NCBI GenBank assembly: GCA_964616855.1
Contig: CAZTUJ010000001.1
Coordinates: 67,872-131,871 of the forward strand
DNA length: 64,000 nucleotides
Reading direction: 5' to 3'
Source: an uncultured Gammaproteobacteria bacterium
GTDB taxonomy: Bacteria > Patescibacteriota > Patescibacteriia > Patescibacteriales > UBA12465
In this document: positions 19,364 to 30,253 of the stretch, one piece after another
How positions within the stretch are numbered: position 1 is the stretch's first letter
How the letters are laid out: every line of letters starts with the position of its first letter
The notes under the pieces: generated by a model
Told to the model about the DNA's origin: nothing
What the model saw: only the letters and a program-made list of their open reading frames with translations
Databases searched by the model: none
Program-made: the position numbers and the translations under genes

Positions 19364-21025
19364 TTAGAGAGCCTTTAATCTCTTATTAATTCTCTCCAAC
19401 CCCATTACTTGCATAATGAGGCAGAGATTGGGGGTTTGGGTGCGTCCGGTCAGGAGGACACGTAATAATTTGGCGACCGTTCCCACTTGGCCTTTATATT
19501 TTTCCGGGCTGGCTTTATAGTCTTGATTATTGCTAGCAAAACCGTGTTTCTCTCCCACTTCTTTGAGTTTTTCAAACCATTGTTCCTGATTGTCTTCAGG
19601 GTTGTAGCTAGCCAGAAAGTCAGAGATAATATCGCCCGCCTTCGCTCCGTTTAATTCAGCTAAAGTGGTGGTCATTAAATCGGTGGGGACAGAGAAGTTG
19701 TGGTCAAAGAAATAGGCAATTTCTGTTTTTATTTCTGACCAGCGCCCCAAATCTTTCCGGGGTTTAAGGACGCCAACTCTTTCAATCGCAAAGATTTTTT
19801 TCAGGTATTCCGGATCAGTATTTAACAGTTCTTTTGTTTCTGGGTCATATTTATCAGCCCAAGCAGAGGCGCGGCGATAGAGCTCATCAGGACTAAAACG
19901 GGCTACTATTTCTTTACTAATGTCATTTAACTTATTTAAATCAAATAAAGGCCCGTTGGAATTAGCTAATTTTTTTAAGCTAAACGGGAATTGTTGGTTG
20001 TCTAGGTCTGGGTTGGCCTTCCGCCAGTCTTCGAAGTTGGAATTAGCTAGATTTAAAAGGTATTCAATTACCGCTTCTTCGGGATAACCAGCTTCTTGGT
20101 AGTATTCTAGATTAGCTTCCTGATCTTTACGTTTACTCAGCTTTCGCTTCTTGCCTTCATCCAACTTTTGGATAGGGGCAAGGTGGGCATAGGCCGGAGC
20201 CGTCCAGTCAAGAGTGGTAAACAGTTGTTGATGGAGGGGTAGGGAGGGGAACCATTCGTTGCCACGAATAACGTGGGTGGTGCCCATGAGGTGGTCATCA
20301 ACGGCGTGGGCAAAGTGATAGGTGGGTAGACCGTCACTTTTCATAATAACAATATCTTGGTCATTTTCCGGCATTTCCCGGTGGCCAAGTAAAAGGTCGT
20401 TGATAATGATTTTATTTTGAAAATTACCGGGAGATTTGAAGCGAATGACTGGTTTTAAGCCTTGATCTAAGGCGGTAAATATTTCAGTCAGATTTTTATC
20501 GCGCCAAGTGGCAAAGTGCCCCCAATAGCCGCTACGTTCACCCATGGCTTCTTGACGAGCGCGCAGTTCTTCTAACTCTTCGGGGCTAGCAAAGCAAGGA
20601 TAGGCCTTGCCTTGGCGGATTAGCTCTTTGATATAGGTTTTATAGATATCAGCTCTTGCGCTTTGTTTATAGGGACCGTAATTTCCTTTTTCTTGCCCCT
20701 TTTCATCCGGTCCTTCATCATAGTGGATGCCATATTGGTGGATGGCACTGGCAAAGAGATCGGCCGTGCCCGCTACTTCCCGTTTTTTATCAGTATCTTC
20801 AATTCTTAGAATAAAAATTCCTTGGCTTTGGTGAGCTAGTCGTTCGGAAATTAAAGAAGCGTAGAGGCCGCCAAAGTGGACAAAGCCAGTGGGGCTGGGG
20901 GCGACACGCGTAACTAAGGCACCGGTCGGTACTTGGCGAGGGGGATATTTTTTTGCCAATTCTTCCGGGGTTGGTAATTTTTCCGGGAAAAGGCGGTTAA
21001 TTAATGATTCGATGTTATTTTCCAT
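19364..21025 (-). CDS. gltX: glutamate--tRNA ligase
   Basis: Class I signature APSPTGFVHFGG, KLSKRK (KMSKS) and THVIRGNEW; 553 aa. Confidence 0.9.
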   Translation of the reverse strand: MENNIESLINRLFPEKLPTPEELAKKYPPRQVPTGALVTRVAPSPTGFVHFGGLYASLISERLAHQSQGIFILRIEDTDKKREVAGTADLFASAIHQYGIHYDEGPDEKGQEKGNYGPYKQSARADIYKTYIKELIRQGKAYPCFASPEELEELRARQEAMGERSGYWGHFATWRDKNLTEIFTALDQGLKPVIRFKSPGNFQNKIIINDLLLGHREMPENDQDIVIMKSDGLPTYHFAHAVDDHLMGTTHVIRGNEWFPSLPLHQQLFTTLDWTAPAYAHLAPIQKLDEGKKRKLSKRKDQEANLEYYQEAGYPEEAVIEYLLNLANSNFEDWRKANPDLDNQQFPFSLKKLANSNGPLFDLNKLNDISKEIVARFSPDELYRRASAWADKYDPETKELLNTDPEYLKKIFAIERVGVLKPRKDLGRWSEIKTEIAYFFDHNFSVPTDLMTTTLAELNGAKAGDIISDFLASYNPEDNQEQWFEKLKEVGEKHGFASNNQDYKASPEKYKGQVGTVAKLLRVLLTGRTQTPNLCLIMQVMGLERINKRLKAL

Positions 21026-21224
21026 AATAATTTAATACTTAACTCCTTTCTCTAAATTACCTTATCAGGCTTGAAAAGTAAAGTTTTAGGCTGTCGAGAA
21101 GGGTCTTTTATCGCTTTTCTTTTTCGGGTTTTTATTGTAAAATAATAATAAGAATAACAGTATAAAAAAATACCAGTTTGCGCTATAATAAGCTTAAGTA
21201 AGCTTTAATTATTTTCCTGAGATT

Positions 21225-21812
21225 ATGTCCGTTGATGACCGGCTCTTATCTGCCCAAACTGCAAAAAATTCTAACAATCAGACTGAATCCAGCTCCGATC
21301 GAGCGGGAGCTTTACGTGAGTCGCAAAGAGGAGAGGAAAACGAAGAAGCTGAACCAGAACAAGAAGATTTGCGCAGTCAGGTAATGAGCAAGAGAAAAGA
21401 GATGGCTTTAAAGATGAAAGGGAAGCTTAGTCAGGCAGAAATTGCTTTCAGCGCCGGCACCAGCAAGCTCCTCCAGGGGGCTTGGCGTAATATATTCATG
21501 TCATTTGGTTTTTCTTTTCTCTATGTCTACGTTCACTTATTTTTGAAAGGCATTTTTGGTAAAAGATTCTTTGCCGATTTAGGCTCAGAGTGGCGCGATC
21601 GCCCCGGTTTAACCATTGAAGAGCGCGAAAGGATGGGCGTTAGTTTAAAAATAATTGAATCTTTCGGTGTTGGCGCTATTAGCATTCTTATTTTTATCGT
21701 TTTAATTTTTGCTTTTTCTATTCCCGCTTTAGTTATTGAGGTTATGTCCAATCCTCTGCGTGCCGGCGTTACTTTGCTCCAGACTTTTTGGAGCTGGATT
21801 TCCGGCACTTAG
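21225..21812 (+). CDS. hypothetical membrane protein (acidic N-terminus, 2-3 TM)
   Basis: Acidic, disordered-looking N-terminus, then hydrophobic segments FMSFGFSFLYVYVHLFL and VGAISILIFIVLIFAFSIPALVI. Lies immediately upstream of the VirB6-like gene. Confidence 0.5.
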   Translation: MSVDDRLLSAQTAKNSNNQTESSSDRAGALRESQRGEENEEAEPEQEDLRSQVMSKRKEMALKMKGKLSQAEIAFSAGTSKLLQGAWRNIFMSFGFSFLYVYVHLFLKGIFGKRFFADLGSEWRDRPGLTIEERERMGVSLKIIESFGVGAISILIFIVLIFAFSIPALVIEVMSNPLRAGVTLLQTFWSWISGT

Positions 21813-21821
21813 AATATTTAT

Positions 21822-24446
21822 ATGCATTTAAAAACGCCCAATTTTTTAAAAAATCAAAAACTCTGGCTGGCGACTTTTCTAATTTTTGCCGCCAGTTTTT
21901 TAGTCGCTCCCCATGTTTTAGCTAGTGCTGGCGATTGGGCCGGAGAAGTGGTTGGCAGTATTATCTACGTCTTTATCTGGGCTCTCGGGCTAGTTTTAAT
22001 TCTAGTGATGAAGGCCCTTATTTTAATTGCCTCTTACCAGAACTTTATTAACTCTGGGGCTGTACAAGAAGGTTGGACGGTGGTACGCGATTTATCCAAC
22101 ATGTTTTTTGTGGTTATTCTTTTAGTGATCGCTTTTTCCACAATTTTGCATTTGGAAAATTATAGTTACAAGAAGTGGCTGCCGAAATTGGTCTTGATGG
22201 CAGTATTGATTAATTTTTCTAAAACCATTTGTGGCTTGTTGATTGACGTCGCTCAGATTATCATGCTCACTTTCGTTAATGCTTTTAAAGATGTAGCTGG
22301 CGGAAATTTAATTGAAATGCTAGGCATTAGAGAAATTGTAACTTTGGCCGAAGGTAGCGCTGAAGTGGGTTTCTGGCAAATTGTCGGCGCCTATGTCCTG
22401 GGGTTAATTTACATGATTATCGCCTTAGTGGTTATTACCACTATGATGATGATGTTAGTTATGCGCCTGGTAATGATTTGGATTTATGTGGTTTTATCTC
22501 CTTTAGCTTATCTATTAGCCGCTTTCCCTGGCGGTGCTCAATATGCTTCCCAGTGGTGGAAGGAATTTATTAGTAATCTCGTGGTCGGTCCAGTTATCGC
22601 TTTTTTTATCTGGTTGTCTTTTGCCGCTTTACAGACCGGTAATTACAGTGACGTTACTGACGTCGGCACGGCCGACATTGGTGCGGAACAGGAAGCTTTC
22701 TCCGGTTCCGTCGCTAAGGTCGAAGGTGCTACCACTCCGAGTATGGGTACACAGGCCTCAACCCCTGGGGTTTTAATTAAATTTGTCATCGGTATTGGCA
22801 TGCTTATCGGCGGCCTTAAGGTTGCCCAGCAGATTGGTGGCGCCGCTGGTTCAGTGGCGGGCAAGGGTATGGGTAAATTGGCCGCTATGGGGGCGGCTAC
22901 GGCAGCCTTTGGTAAGAAGTGGGGCGGGAAAGTTGCTACTGGCGATAATTTAGCTGCCAGAAAATTTCACAAGGCCATCGGTGCCGATTTTCGGCCTATG
23001 GCCATCGGTGCTGCTATTAAATCTAGTTTTGAAAAGAGTAAGAAGGATGATGAGGATGCCATCCGTTTGAAAGGTATTTCTAATTTACAAAAGGGAGGAG
23101 CTGGGGCTGTCTTTAAAGGTATTGGCGCTGGTCAGGATTGGGCCAACAATTATGTTGATGGATTTTTAGGGATTAGAGGTTTAAAACGGGCTGGTCAAGA
23201 AATTTTTAGTCGTCCGGGGCAGAGAAAGGACGTCAACGAGAAGTTAACAACTGATAAAGCGGATTTAGATAAACACACTAATAAGCTTAGTCAGTTAAAG
23301 TCAGAAAGGGAAAAATATATTACAACTGCAGAGAAGCAAAAAATTGAAAATGAGATTCAAGATAAGGCTCAGAGAATTTTAGATTTAGATGTTCAGATTG
23401 CGGCAGCGGTTCCTAATAGCAAAGAGCAGAAGGCTTTAATAGATGATAGAAAATATTTACAGGATGGCATGACTAAGGAGCAAGATGAGTTAAACGCCAA
23501 GATTGCCGGTAATTTTGTTGATGATGCTAAGCATCAGGATTTAACGAAGAAGATTAAAGCTAAAGAAAAGGTTGTTAGCGAAAAGACTAAGATAGTAAAT
23601 GAGGATAAGCAACAATTAGCTCGTATCGCTCCGCCTAAGGCTTTAGAGGGGCGAGGCGAATATCGCAAAGTTATTAATGACCGCAAGGGCAAATATAAAG
23701 ACGTTACTAACTCGGACGAATTGCTGCAGCTATTTGAAGACGCTGTTCGTCGTAAGGATAAATTTGACCAAGTGGCTATTATGGAAAAACTTTCCAACGA
23801 CGGCAACTTTAATGATTTATTAAATGCTAAAGGCTATCGGGCAGATGCTAAGGGCATGTATTCTTTCTTGCGCAATGAGGATAATGATGCTGGAGAAAAG
23901 CGCGGTCTTGACATCGGTTTAGAAGGCCAGGAAATTCTTCAAGTCCAGAATGATCTTTCTGAGTCCGAAGAAAGGGTGGGGCACTGGGAAATGGCTAAGA
24001 CTGTTGGTATTAACGAAAGGGGCGAGTTAGAAAGCTTAATTCAGAAGAGTACTGATAAAAAAGGCAAGACGGTTTGGGATGATAGCCAGCATGTGACCGC
24101 CGCCGCTTCGGAAATTGCGAAGATGGATCCGCAGAAGATTGTTATTGGTCTCAACCGCTTGGCCTATGGCGGTGAAGATGGTAATGGTAAATTTCAACTT
24201 TCTAATCTTGGTCGGGTTTTGGTAAAAATGCTTGACCAGAGTAATACTTTCAAAGCTCAAGAAGGCAGAATTCAGCAAAATATCGCTTTTAATTTAACCG
24301 CCGATCATGTTGTGGATGAGCTTAAATCTATAGGTATTAGTAAGACTAGTTTGGAAATTTTGGAAAAAAGAGGAAGGCCGCATGGTACTTCATTGAGGCC
24401 GGGTGATATTTTGGCTGATTTTAAAAAGAAGGGTAAAATTGTTTAA
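21822..24446 (+). CDS. polytopic membrane protein, TrbL/VirB6-like N-terminal domain plus long Lys/Glu-rich coiled-coil tail
   Basis: 874 aa. Signal peptide, then at least 6 hydrophobic helices over the first roughly 340 aa, a Gly/Ala-rich linker, then a charged heptad-like region (KLSQLKSEREKYITTAEKQKIENEIQDKAQRILDLD). The VirB6 assignment rests on topology and context only. Confidence 0.5.
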   Translation: MHLKTPNFLKNQKLWLATFLIFAASFLVAPHVLASAGDWAGEVVGSIIYVFIWALGLVLILVMKALILIASYQNFINSGAVQEGWTVVRDLSNMFFVVILLVIAFSTILHLENYSYKKWLPKLVLMAVLINFSKTICGLLIDVAQIIMLTFVNAFKDVAGGNLIEMLGIREIVTLAEGSAEVGFWQIVGAYVLGLIYMIIALVVITTMMMMLVMRLVMIWIYVVLSPLAYLLAAFPGGAQYASQWWKEFISNLVVGPVIAFFIWLSFAALQTGNYSDVTDVGTADIGAEQEAFSGSVAKVEGATTPSMGTQASTPGVLIKFVIGIGMLIGGLKVAQQIGGAAGSVAGKGMGKLAAMGAATAAFGKKWGGKVATGDNLAARKFHKAIGADFRPMAIGAAIKSSFEKSKKDDEDAIRLKGISNLQKGGAGAVFKGIGAGQDWANNYVDGFLGIRGLKRAGQEIFSRPGQRKDVNEKLTTDKADLDKHTNKLSQLKSEREKYITTAEKQKIENEIQDKAQRILDLDVQIAAAVPNSKEQKALIDDRKYLQDGMTKEQDELNAKIAGNFVDDAKHQDLTKKIKAKEKVVSEKTKIVNEDKQQLARIAPPKALEGRGEYRKVINDRKGKYKDVTNSDELLQLFEDAVRRKDKFDQVAIMEKLSNDGNFNDLLNAKGYRADAKGMYSFLRNEDNDAGEKRGLDIGLEGQEILQVQNDLSESEERVGHWEMAKTVGINERGELESLIQKSTDKKGKTVWDDSQHVTAAASEIAKMDPQKIVIGLNRLAYGGEDGNGKFQLSNLGRVLVKMLDQSNTFKAQEGRIQQNIAFNLTADHVVDELKSIGISKTSLEILEKRGRPHGTSLRPGDILADFKKKGKIV

Positions 24447-24449
24447 AAT

Positions 24450-25418
24450 ATGTCTATTATTAATGACCTACAGGACCCCAAGCTTTTAGGAGATTTGCAA
24501 TCTTTATCAGAGATGATAATCGAGCAAGATTTGGTGTCTGAAGCAAGGGAGCTCATTACCACGACTAATCAGGTTTTTGCTCGCAACCCAGAACTCAAGC
24601 GTGAGGCGTTGGAATTATATAGCCGCTATCAGACTTATCTGATGCGGGCGAAATTTGTTTGTTTGTTTGAATTAGAAGAAAATGAAGTTTTAGAATTGAT
24701 GGAGAAATACTTAGTTTTAGTCTTAGATAATCCTTTTTATAATATTTATGAAAAGTTGAGAATGCGCCTGCGAAGTTTTGATTCTTTAGCGGCGCGAGAT
24801 GAATTTAAGAATAAGATTAGAGAGAGCTTACTTAAAAATCACTCCAAGATTACTCCTGAAAAAATAATGGTGGGTACGATTATGCAGGAGCCGACGGTAG
24901 CTAATTGGTTGAAGGATTACTATTCTAAATTAGGAATTGATCGTGTTGATGCTCTCGCTTTTAATCAATATTTGGTAAATGCGGAAAATACTAAGAATTT
25001 AGAAGAATCCGATCGGGAAAAATTAAAAACTCTGTTCACTTTATTTGAGAAATTAAAGATTTCTTCGTCGGAGGCGGGCGGTTTAGAGGAAAATTTTGTG
25101 GCCATTCTTCCGGACAAGAGCGTTAGTTTAATTAGCGGTGGCAGACCTACTCCAATTGACGCTAATTTACAGCGTCTTATCGAAGAAATCGTGGCTAAAG
25201 CCGGATTTTCTGCCCAGGATGATGATCTTTTTCTTGATAATGGCCCTACTGATAGTCAGCAAATTAATGCCGATGTTCCGGCGACCGCCGCTGACTTACC
25301 CGTTTCTCCACTCTCAGTACTGTCAGCCGCTCTGGATGATTATTCCCCCTCGTCTTTAGAATATAAAGCTATTAAGCAGGAAATAGAAAGACTGCGTAAA
25401 AATCAAAAAAATGTCTAG
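24450..25418 (+). CDS. hypothetical protein
   Basis: 322-aa ORF tightly packed after the VirB6-like gene. I recognise no motif. Confidence 0.5.
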   Translation: MSIINDLQDPKLLGDLQSLSEMIIEQDLVSEARELITTTNQVFARNPELKREALELYSRYQTYLMRAKFVCLFELEENEVLELMEKYLVLVLDNPFYNIYEKLRMRLRSFDSLAARDEFKNKIRESLLKNHSKITPEKIMVGTIMQEPTVANWLKDYYSKLGIDRVDALAFNQYLVNAENTKNLEESDREKLKTLFTLFEKLKISSSEAGGLEENFVAILPDKSVSLISGGRPTPIDANLQRLIEEIVAKAGFSAQDDDLFLDNGPTDSQQINADVPATAADLPVSPLSVLSAALDDYSPSSLEYKAIKQEIERLRKNQKNV

Positions 25419-26370
25419 TTACAAAAGAAGACCCTTAATTGCTGTGGCCGGTTCTTTAGCTTTTGACCGCGTCATGAATTTTCCCGGTCGTTTCTCTGCT
25501 CATATTCTTCCCGGGAAAATCCATGACTTAAGTCTCAGCTTCTTATTAGATCAGTTAATTATTGGTTTCGGCGGCACCGCCGGCAATATCGCTTATAACC
25601 TGGCGCTCCTCAAGGAGCGCCCTTCTGTCTTAACGGCAGTTGGTTCCGATTTTACTCCCTATCGCCGTCATTTGCGGTCTCAGGGGGTAGATTTACGTGC
25701 TGTCGCTAGTGACAAGAAAAAAAATTGTGCCTCGGCTTTTATTATTACCGATGCGGATGATAATCAGATTGCCGGTTTCTATCCCGGCCCTTCTGCTTTG
25801 CCCTCTTTTTCTCGTTTACTCAATAGTGCTTGCGATTATGTTATTATTTCTCCGGATGATAAGGCGCGAATGTTGGCTGTTCAAGCTTGGGCACGCAAAC
25901 GCAGGTTGCCTTATATCTTTGATCCGGGACAACAGGTAACAAATTTTACCAGCCTAGAGTTGGCCGCTTTTATTAAAGATGCCTTCTTGGTGATTGGTAA
26001 TGATTATGAAATTGAAATTATCCGTCGCGCTTTAAAGGTGAAAACTGTAGCTAGTATTTGTCTTAGCAAACCTTTAATTATTACTAAAGGAGCACAAGGC
26101 TCAGAAATAATTAAAAATGGTGAAAGAATTTTAATTCCAGCGGTAACAGCGCGTGAAAGTTTAGATCCGACTGGGGCAGGGGACGCCTATCGCGCCGGTT
26201 TATTAAAAGGCTTAGCCTTAGGCTTCAACTTGGAAGACTGCGCTCGCCTAGCGGCCACGGTGGCTGTTTACGCGGTTGAGAAAAAGGGCACTCAAAATCA
26301 TTATTTTACTATTAAAAATTTAGAAAAGCGCTATCGCCAGAGCTTTGGCGATGCTATTAAATTAACTTGA
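25411..26370 (+). CDS. pfkB-family carbohydrate/nucleoside kinase (adenosine-kinase candidate)
   Basis: GGTAGNIAYNL and the C-terminal pfkB signature DPTGAGDAYRAG. Lies directly upstream of ahcY. Confidence 0.8.
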   Translation: MSSYKRRPLIAVAGSLAFDRVMNFPGRFSAHILPGKIHDLSLSFLLDQLIIGFGGTAGNIAYNLALLKERPSVLTAVGSDFTPYRRHLRSQGVDLRAVASDKKKNCASAFIITDADDNQIAGFYPGPSALPSFSRLLNSACDYVIISPDDKARMLAVQAWARKRRLPYIFDPGQQVTNFTSLELAAFIKDAFLVIGNDYEIEIIRRALKVKTVASICLSKPLIITKGAQGSEIIKNGERILIPAVTARESLDPTGAGDAYRAGLLKGLALGFNLEDCARLAATVAVYAVEKKGTQNHYFTIKNLEKRYRQSFGDAIKLT

Positions 26371-26392
26371 CGCAGGGCCTTATTGCCTCTAA

Positions 26393-27664
<1,272 letters not shown>

Positions 27665-27691
27665 AACTTACTGTTTAATAAGATAAAATAT

Positions 27692-28855
27692 ATGTCTGAA
27701 GAAAATATTAAATTAATTACTTCTGAATCGGTGACCGAGGGTCATCCTGATAAGATTTGTGATCAGATCAGCGATGGTATTTTAGATGCGATGTTGGCTA
27801 GTGATCCTGATAGCCATGCCGCGGTGGAGTGTTTTTGTACTAATGGCTTGGTGGTGGTGGGCGGCGAAGCTCGGACGCAGCATTATGTTAATGTTGATGC
27901 GACGGTGCGTCAGATTCTCAAAGGCATCGGTTATGATACTCCCGCTTCTGGCTTTGATTGCGATAGTGTCGGCATTATGTCGGCTTTGCACGAACAAAGC
28001 ACGGAGATTTCTCAAGGCGTTGATGAAAATAAGGGTGAGTATCTAGAACAAGGAGCGGGCGATCAGGGCTTGATGTATGGCTTTGCGACTAATGAGACCC
28101 CGGAATATATGCCTCTGCCCATTGTTCTTGCTCACCGCTTAACAGCCCGTTTAGCTTTAGTGAGAAAAAATGGTGAACTCCCGTATTTACGTCCTGACGG
28201 CAAAAGTCAGGTAACAGTTGAATATCATAATAATCAGGCGAAGCGAGTGGAAACAGTGGTGATTGCGGCTTGTCATCAAGCGGAGATTTCTTTGGAAACA
28301 GTGCGCCAAGATATTTTAGAAAAGGTGATTAAACCGATTCTCGGCGATTTATTAGATACTGAAACTAAAGTTTATATTAACTCCACCGGCGCCTTTACCT
28401 TGGGCGGCCCGGCCGCCGACACCGGTTTAACTGGTCGTAAGATTATTGTTGATACTTATGGCGGCTTTGCTCGCCATGGCGGCGGTTGTTTTTCCGGCAA
28501 GGATGCCTCTAAAGTTGATCGCAGTGGTGCTTATATGGCCCGCTATGTGGCTAAGAATATCGTAGCTGCTGGTTTAGCTGACCGCTGTGAATTGCAAGTG
28601 GCCTATGCTATCGGTGTGGCTCAGCCGGTAGGTATATATTTAGATACTTTTGGTACCGGCAAGATTGCTGAAGAGAAGATTTTGGTGGCCGTAAAAGATA
28701 ATTTTGACTTCCGTCCGAAAGCGATTATTGAGACCTTAGGTTTAAAGAAACCGGTTTTTCTGAAAACGGCTGCTTATGGTCATTTTGGCCGTCCCGAATT
28801 TTCTTGGGAGCAGACGGATAAAGTTGAGGCTCTCCGCGCTTATCTACAAAGTTAA
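27692..28855 (+). CDS. metK: S-adenosylmethionine synthetase
   Basis: [30 protein letters not shown] and [16 protein letters not shown]; 387 aa. Confidence 0.95.
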   Translation: MSEENIKLITSESVTEGHPDKICDQISDGILDAMLASDPDSHAAVECFCTNGLVVVGGEARTQHYVNVDATVRQILKGIGYDTPASGFDCDSVGIMSALHEQSTEISQGVDENKGEYLEQGAGDQGLMYGFATNETPEYMPLPIVLAHRLTARLALVRKNGELPYLRPDGKSQVTVEYHNNQAKRVETVVIAACHQAEISLETVRQDILEKVIKPILGDLLDTETKVYINSTGAFTLGGPAADTGLTGRKIIVDTYGGFARHGGGCFSGKDASKVDRSGAYMARYVAKNIVAAGLADRCELQVAYAIGVAQPVGIYLDTFGTGKIAEEKILVAVKDNFDFRPKAIIETLGLKKPVFLKTAAYGHFGRPEFSWEQTDKVEALRAYLQS

Positions 28856-28859
28856 AATA

Positions 28860-28886
28860 AACGCGGCTATTTTCGCCGCGTTTTTT
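28860..28886 (+). terminator. rho-independent terminator after metK
   Basis: aacgcggc-tattttc-gccgcgtt followed by tttt. Confidence 0.75.
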
Positions 28887-28891
28887 AAAAT

Positions 28892-29308
28892 ATGAAATTT
28901 GTCTTAAGCTTCGGAACCTTTGATTACTTTCATCCCGGCCACGCCGCCTATTTGCGGCAAGCTGCCAACCTAAGTGATTATTTGGTGGTGGTGATTGCAC
29001 GGGATGTGAATGTTAAAAAGATTAAAAATAAGGAAGTGCAACAGGGGGAAAATTTAAGGAAAGCAGTAGTTTCTGATTTTTTACAAGCGGAAAAAATTAA
29101 GGGAAAAACAATCTTAGGCCTTAAGGGCAATCGTTTGGCGATTTTAAAAAAGTTTCCGCCGGCCGTGATTGCTCTCGGTTATGATCAGCCGGTTGATGAA
29201 AAGGAATTACGGCGAGAACTAGCCGCCCTGGGCTTAAAGACGAAGGTTAAACGTCTAAAGGCCTATCACCCGGAGAAATATAAGTCTAGCTATTGTTTAG
29301 GAAAATAA
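28892..29308 (+). CDS. cytidylyltransferase-family nucleotidyltransferase (HxGH; RibL/TagD-like)
   Basis: The N-terminus FGTFDYFHPGH is the (T/H)xGH nucleotidyltransferase signature. 138 aa. Confidence 0.65.
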   Translation: MKFVLSFGTFDYFHPGHAAYLRQAANLSDYLVVVIARDVNVKKIKNKEVQQGENLRKAVVSDFLQAEKIKGKTILGLKGNRLAILKKFPPAVIALGYDQPVDEKELRRELAALGLKTKVKRLKAYHPEKYKSSYCLGK

Positions 29309-29321
29309 ATTATTATATTTT

Positions 29322-30227
29322 ATGTTTAATTTTAATGAATTGCAAAGTTTAAGTGAAAACAAAGCTGAAAAAACGCCACCCACTAAGGTGGTGATTGAGC
29401 TTTTCCGTCATAGCCTTAAAGAGAACGACCCCAATCGGCCTAATTCAGAATTACTCCTAACCCCTGAGGGCAGGGAATTAGCGCGTACTCATGGTGAAAA
29501 TTTGCGCCCTTATCCAGAAAGAGCGGTAGCGGGAGCGAGCTTGATGGATAGAGCGGCGGAAACAGCGATGTTGACGATGCTCGCTGACGAAATGGACATT
29601 GAGACTGATGACAGTTTGGTGGCGATGGAAGAAAAAGTGGCTAATTATTTACCGGTTGGCAAAAAATTATATCGTGATGAGCGCTTAGGTTTCGCTTTAG
29701 GCAAGGGGCCGGCCGGAGAAGCTGGTTTACGGACCTTCAAGGAAGGTAAATATATCGAATGGCTGATAAAAAATAGCGACCGAGATGTTGTGGAAAATAA
29801 AGATAAGATTACAACCTCATATTTACGTCAGGCTGGAAATATTGCTGAGCTTTTGGAGAGATATCAGGCCGTGGGTAATAGCTTTCATCGTTTAGTTGAG
29901 GACAAAGACAAGTTGGAGCAACACGGAGCAAAATTAGAAAGATATTTGGTTAGTCATCAGGGCGTAGCTGAGTCTTTTGTGGCTAAGGTGATAGAACTTC
30001 AAGAAGGGGTAACAGCTCGCAATCAATTTACCGCTAATCTCGGTAATGGCTGGGCGGAAACAAAAGGCATTCACATGGAAATTATTAATGACGAGAATGG
30101 CCAGCGTAGCTTTATCACTTATTCAGAGGCAGATGGTAGTGAAAAAGAATTATTAGTTAAGGCCGATACCTTAGCGGCAATTATTAAAGAAAGGGAAGAT
30201 TTAGAAAAAGCTTGCGCTCAGCAGTAG
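29322..30227 (+). CDS. histidine phosphatase superfamily (PGAM/SixA-fold) protein
   Basis: RH motif in VVIELFRHSLKEN...LTPEGRELA. Distal His in VSHQGVAESF. 301 aa. Confidence 0.55.
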   Translation: MFNFNELQSLSENKAEKTPPTKVVIELFRHSLKENDPNRPNSELLLTPEGRELARTHGENLRPYPERAVAGASLMDRAAETAMLTMLADEMDIETDDSLVAMEEKVANYLPVGKKLYRDERLGFALGKGPAGEAGLRTFKEGKYIEWLIKNSDRDVVENKDKITTSYLRQAGNIAELLERYQAVGNSFHRLVEDKDKLEQHGAKLERYLVSHQGVAESFVAKVIELQEGVTARNQFTANLGNGWAETKGIHMEIINDENGQRSFITYSEADGSEKELLVKADTLAAIIKEREDLEKACAQQ

Positions 30228-30253
30228 CTTAAGTCGACTTAGTTTTTTTATTT

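Noticed and set aside
27665-27691. A possible SAM riboswitch upstream of metK, or T-box leaders upstream of leuS and gltX.
   Set aside because: The metK and leuS upstream gaps are only 27 and 29 nt. The roughly 200-nt region upstream of gltX (21026-21224) lacks the conserved T-box sequence (no CGCGGTACCACCC on the plus strand) and has no obvious specifier/antiterminator architecture.
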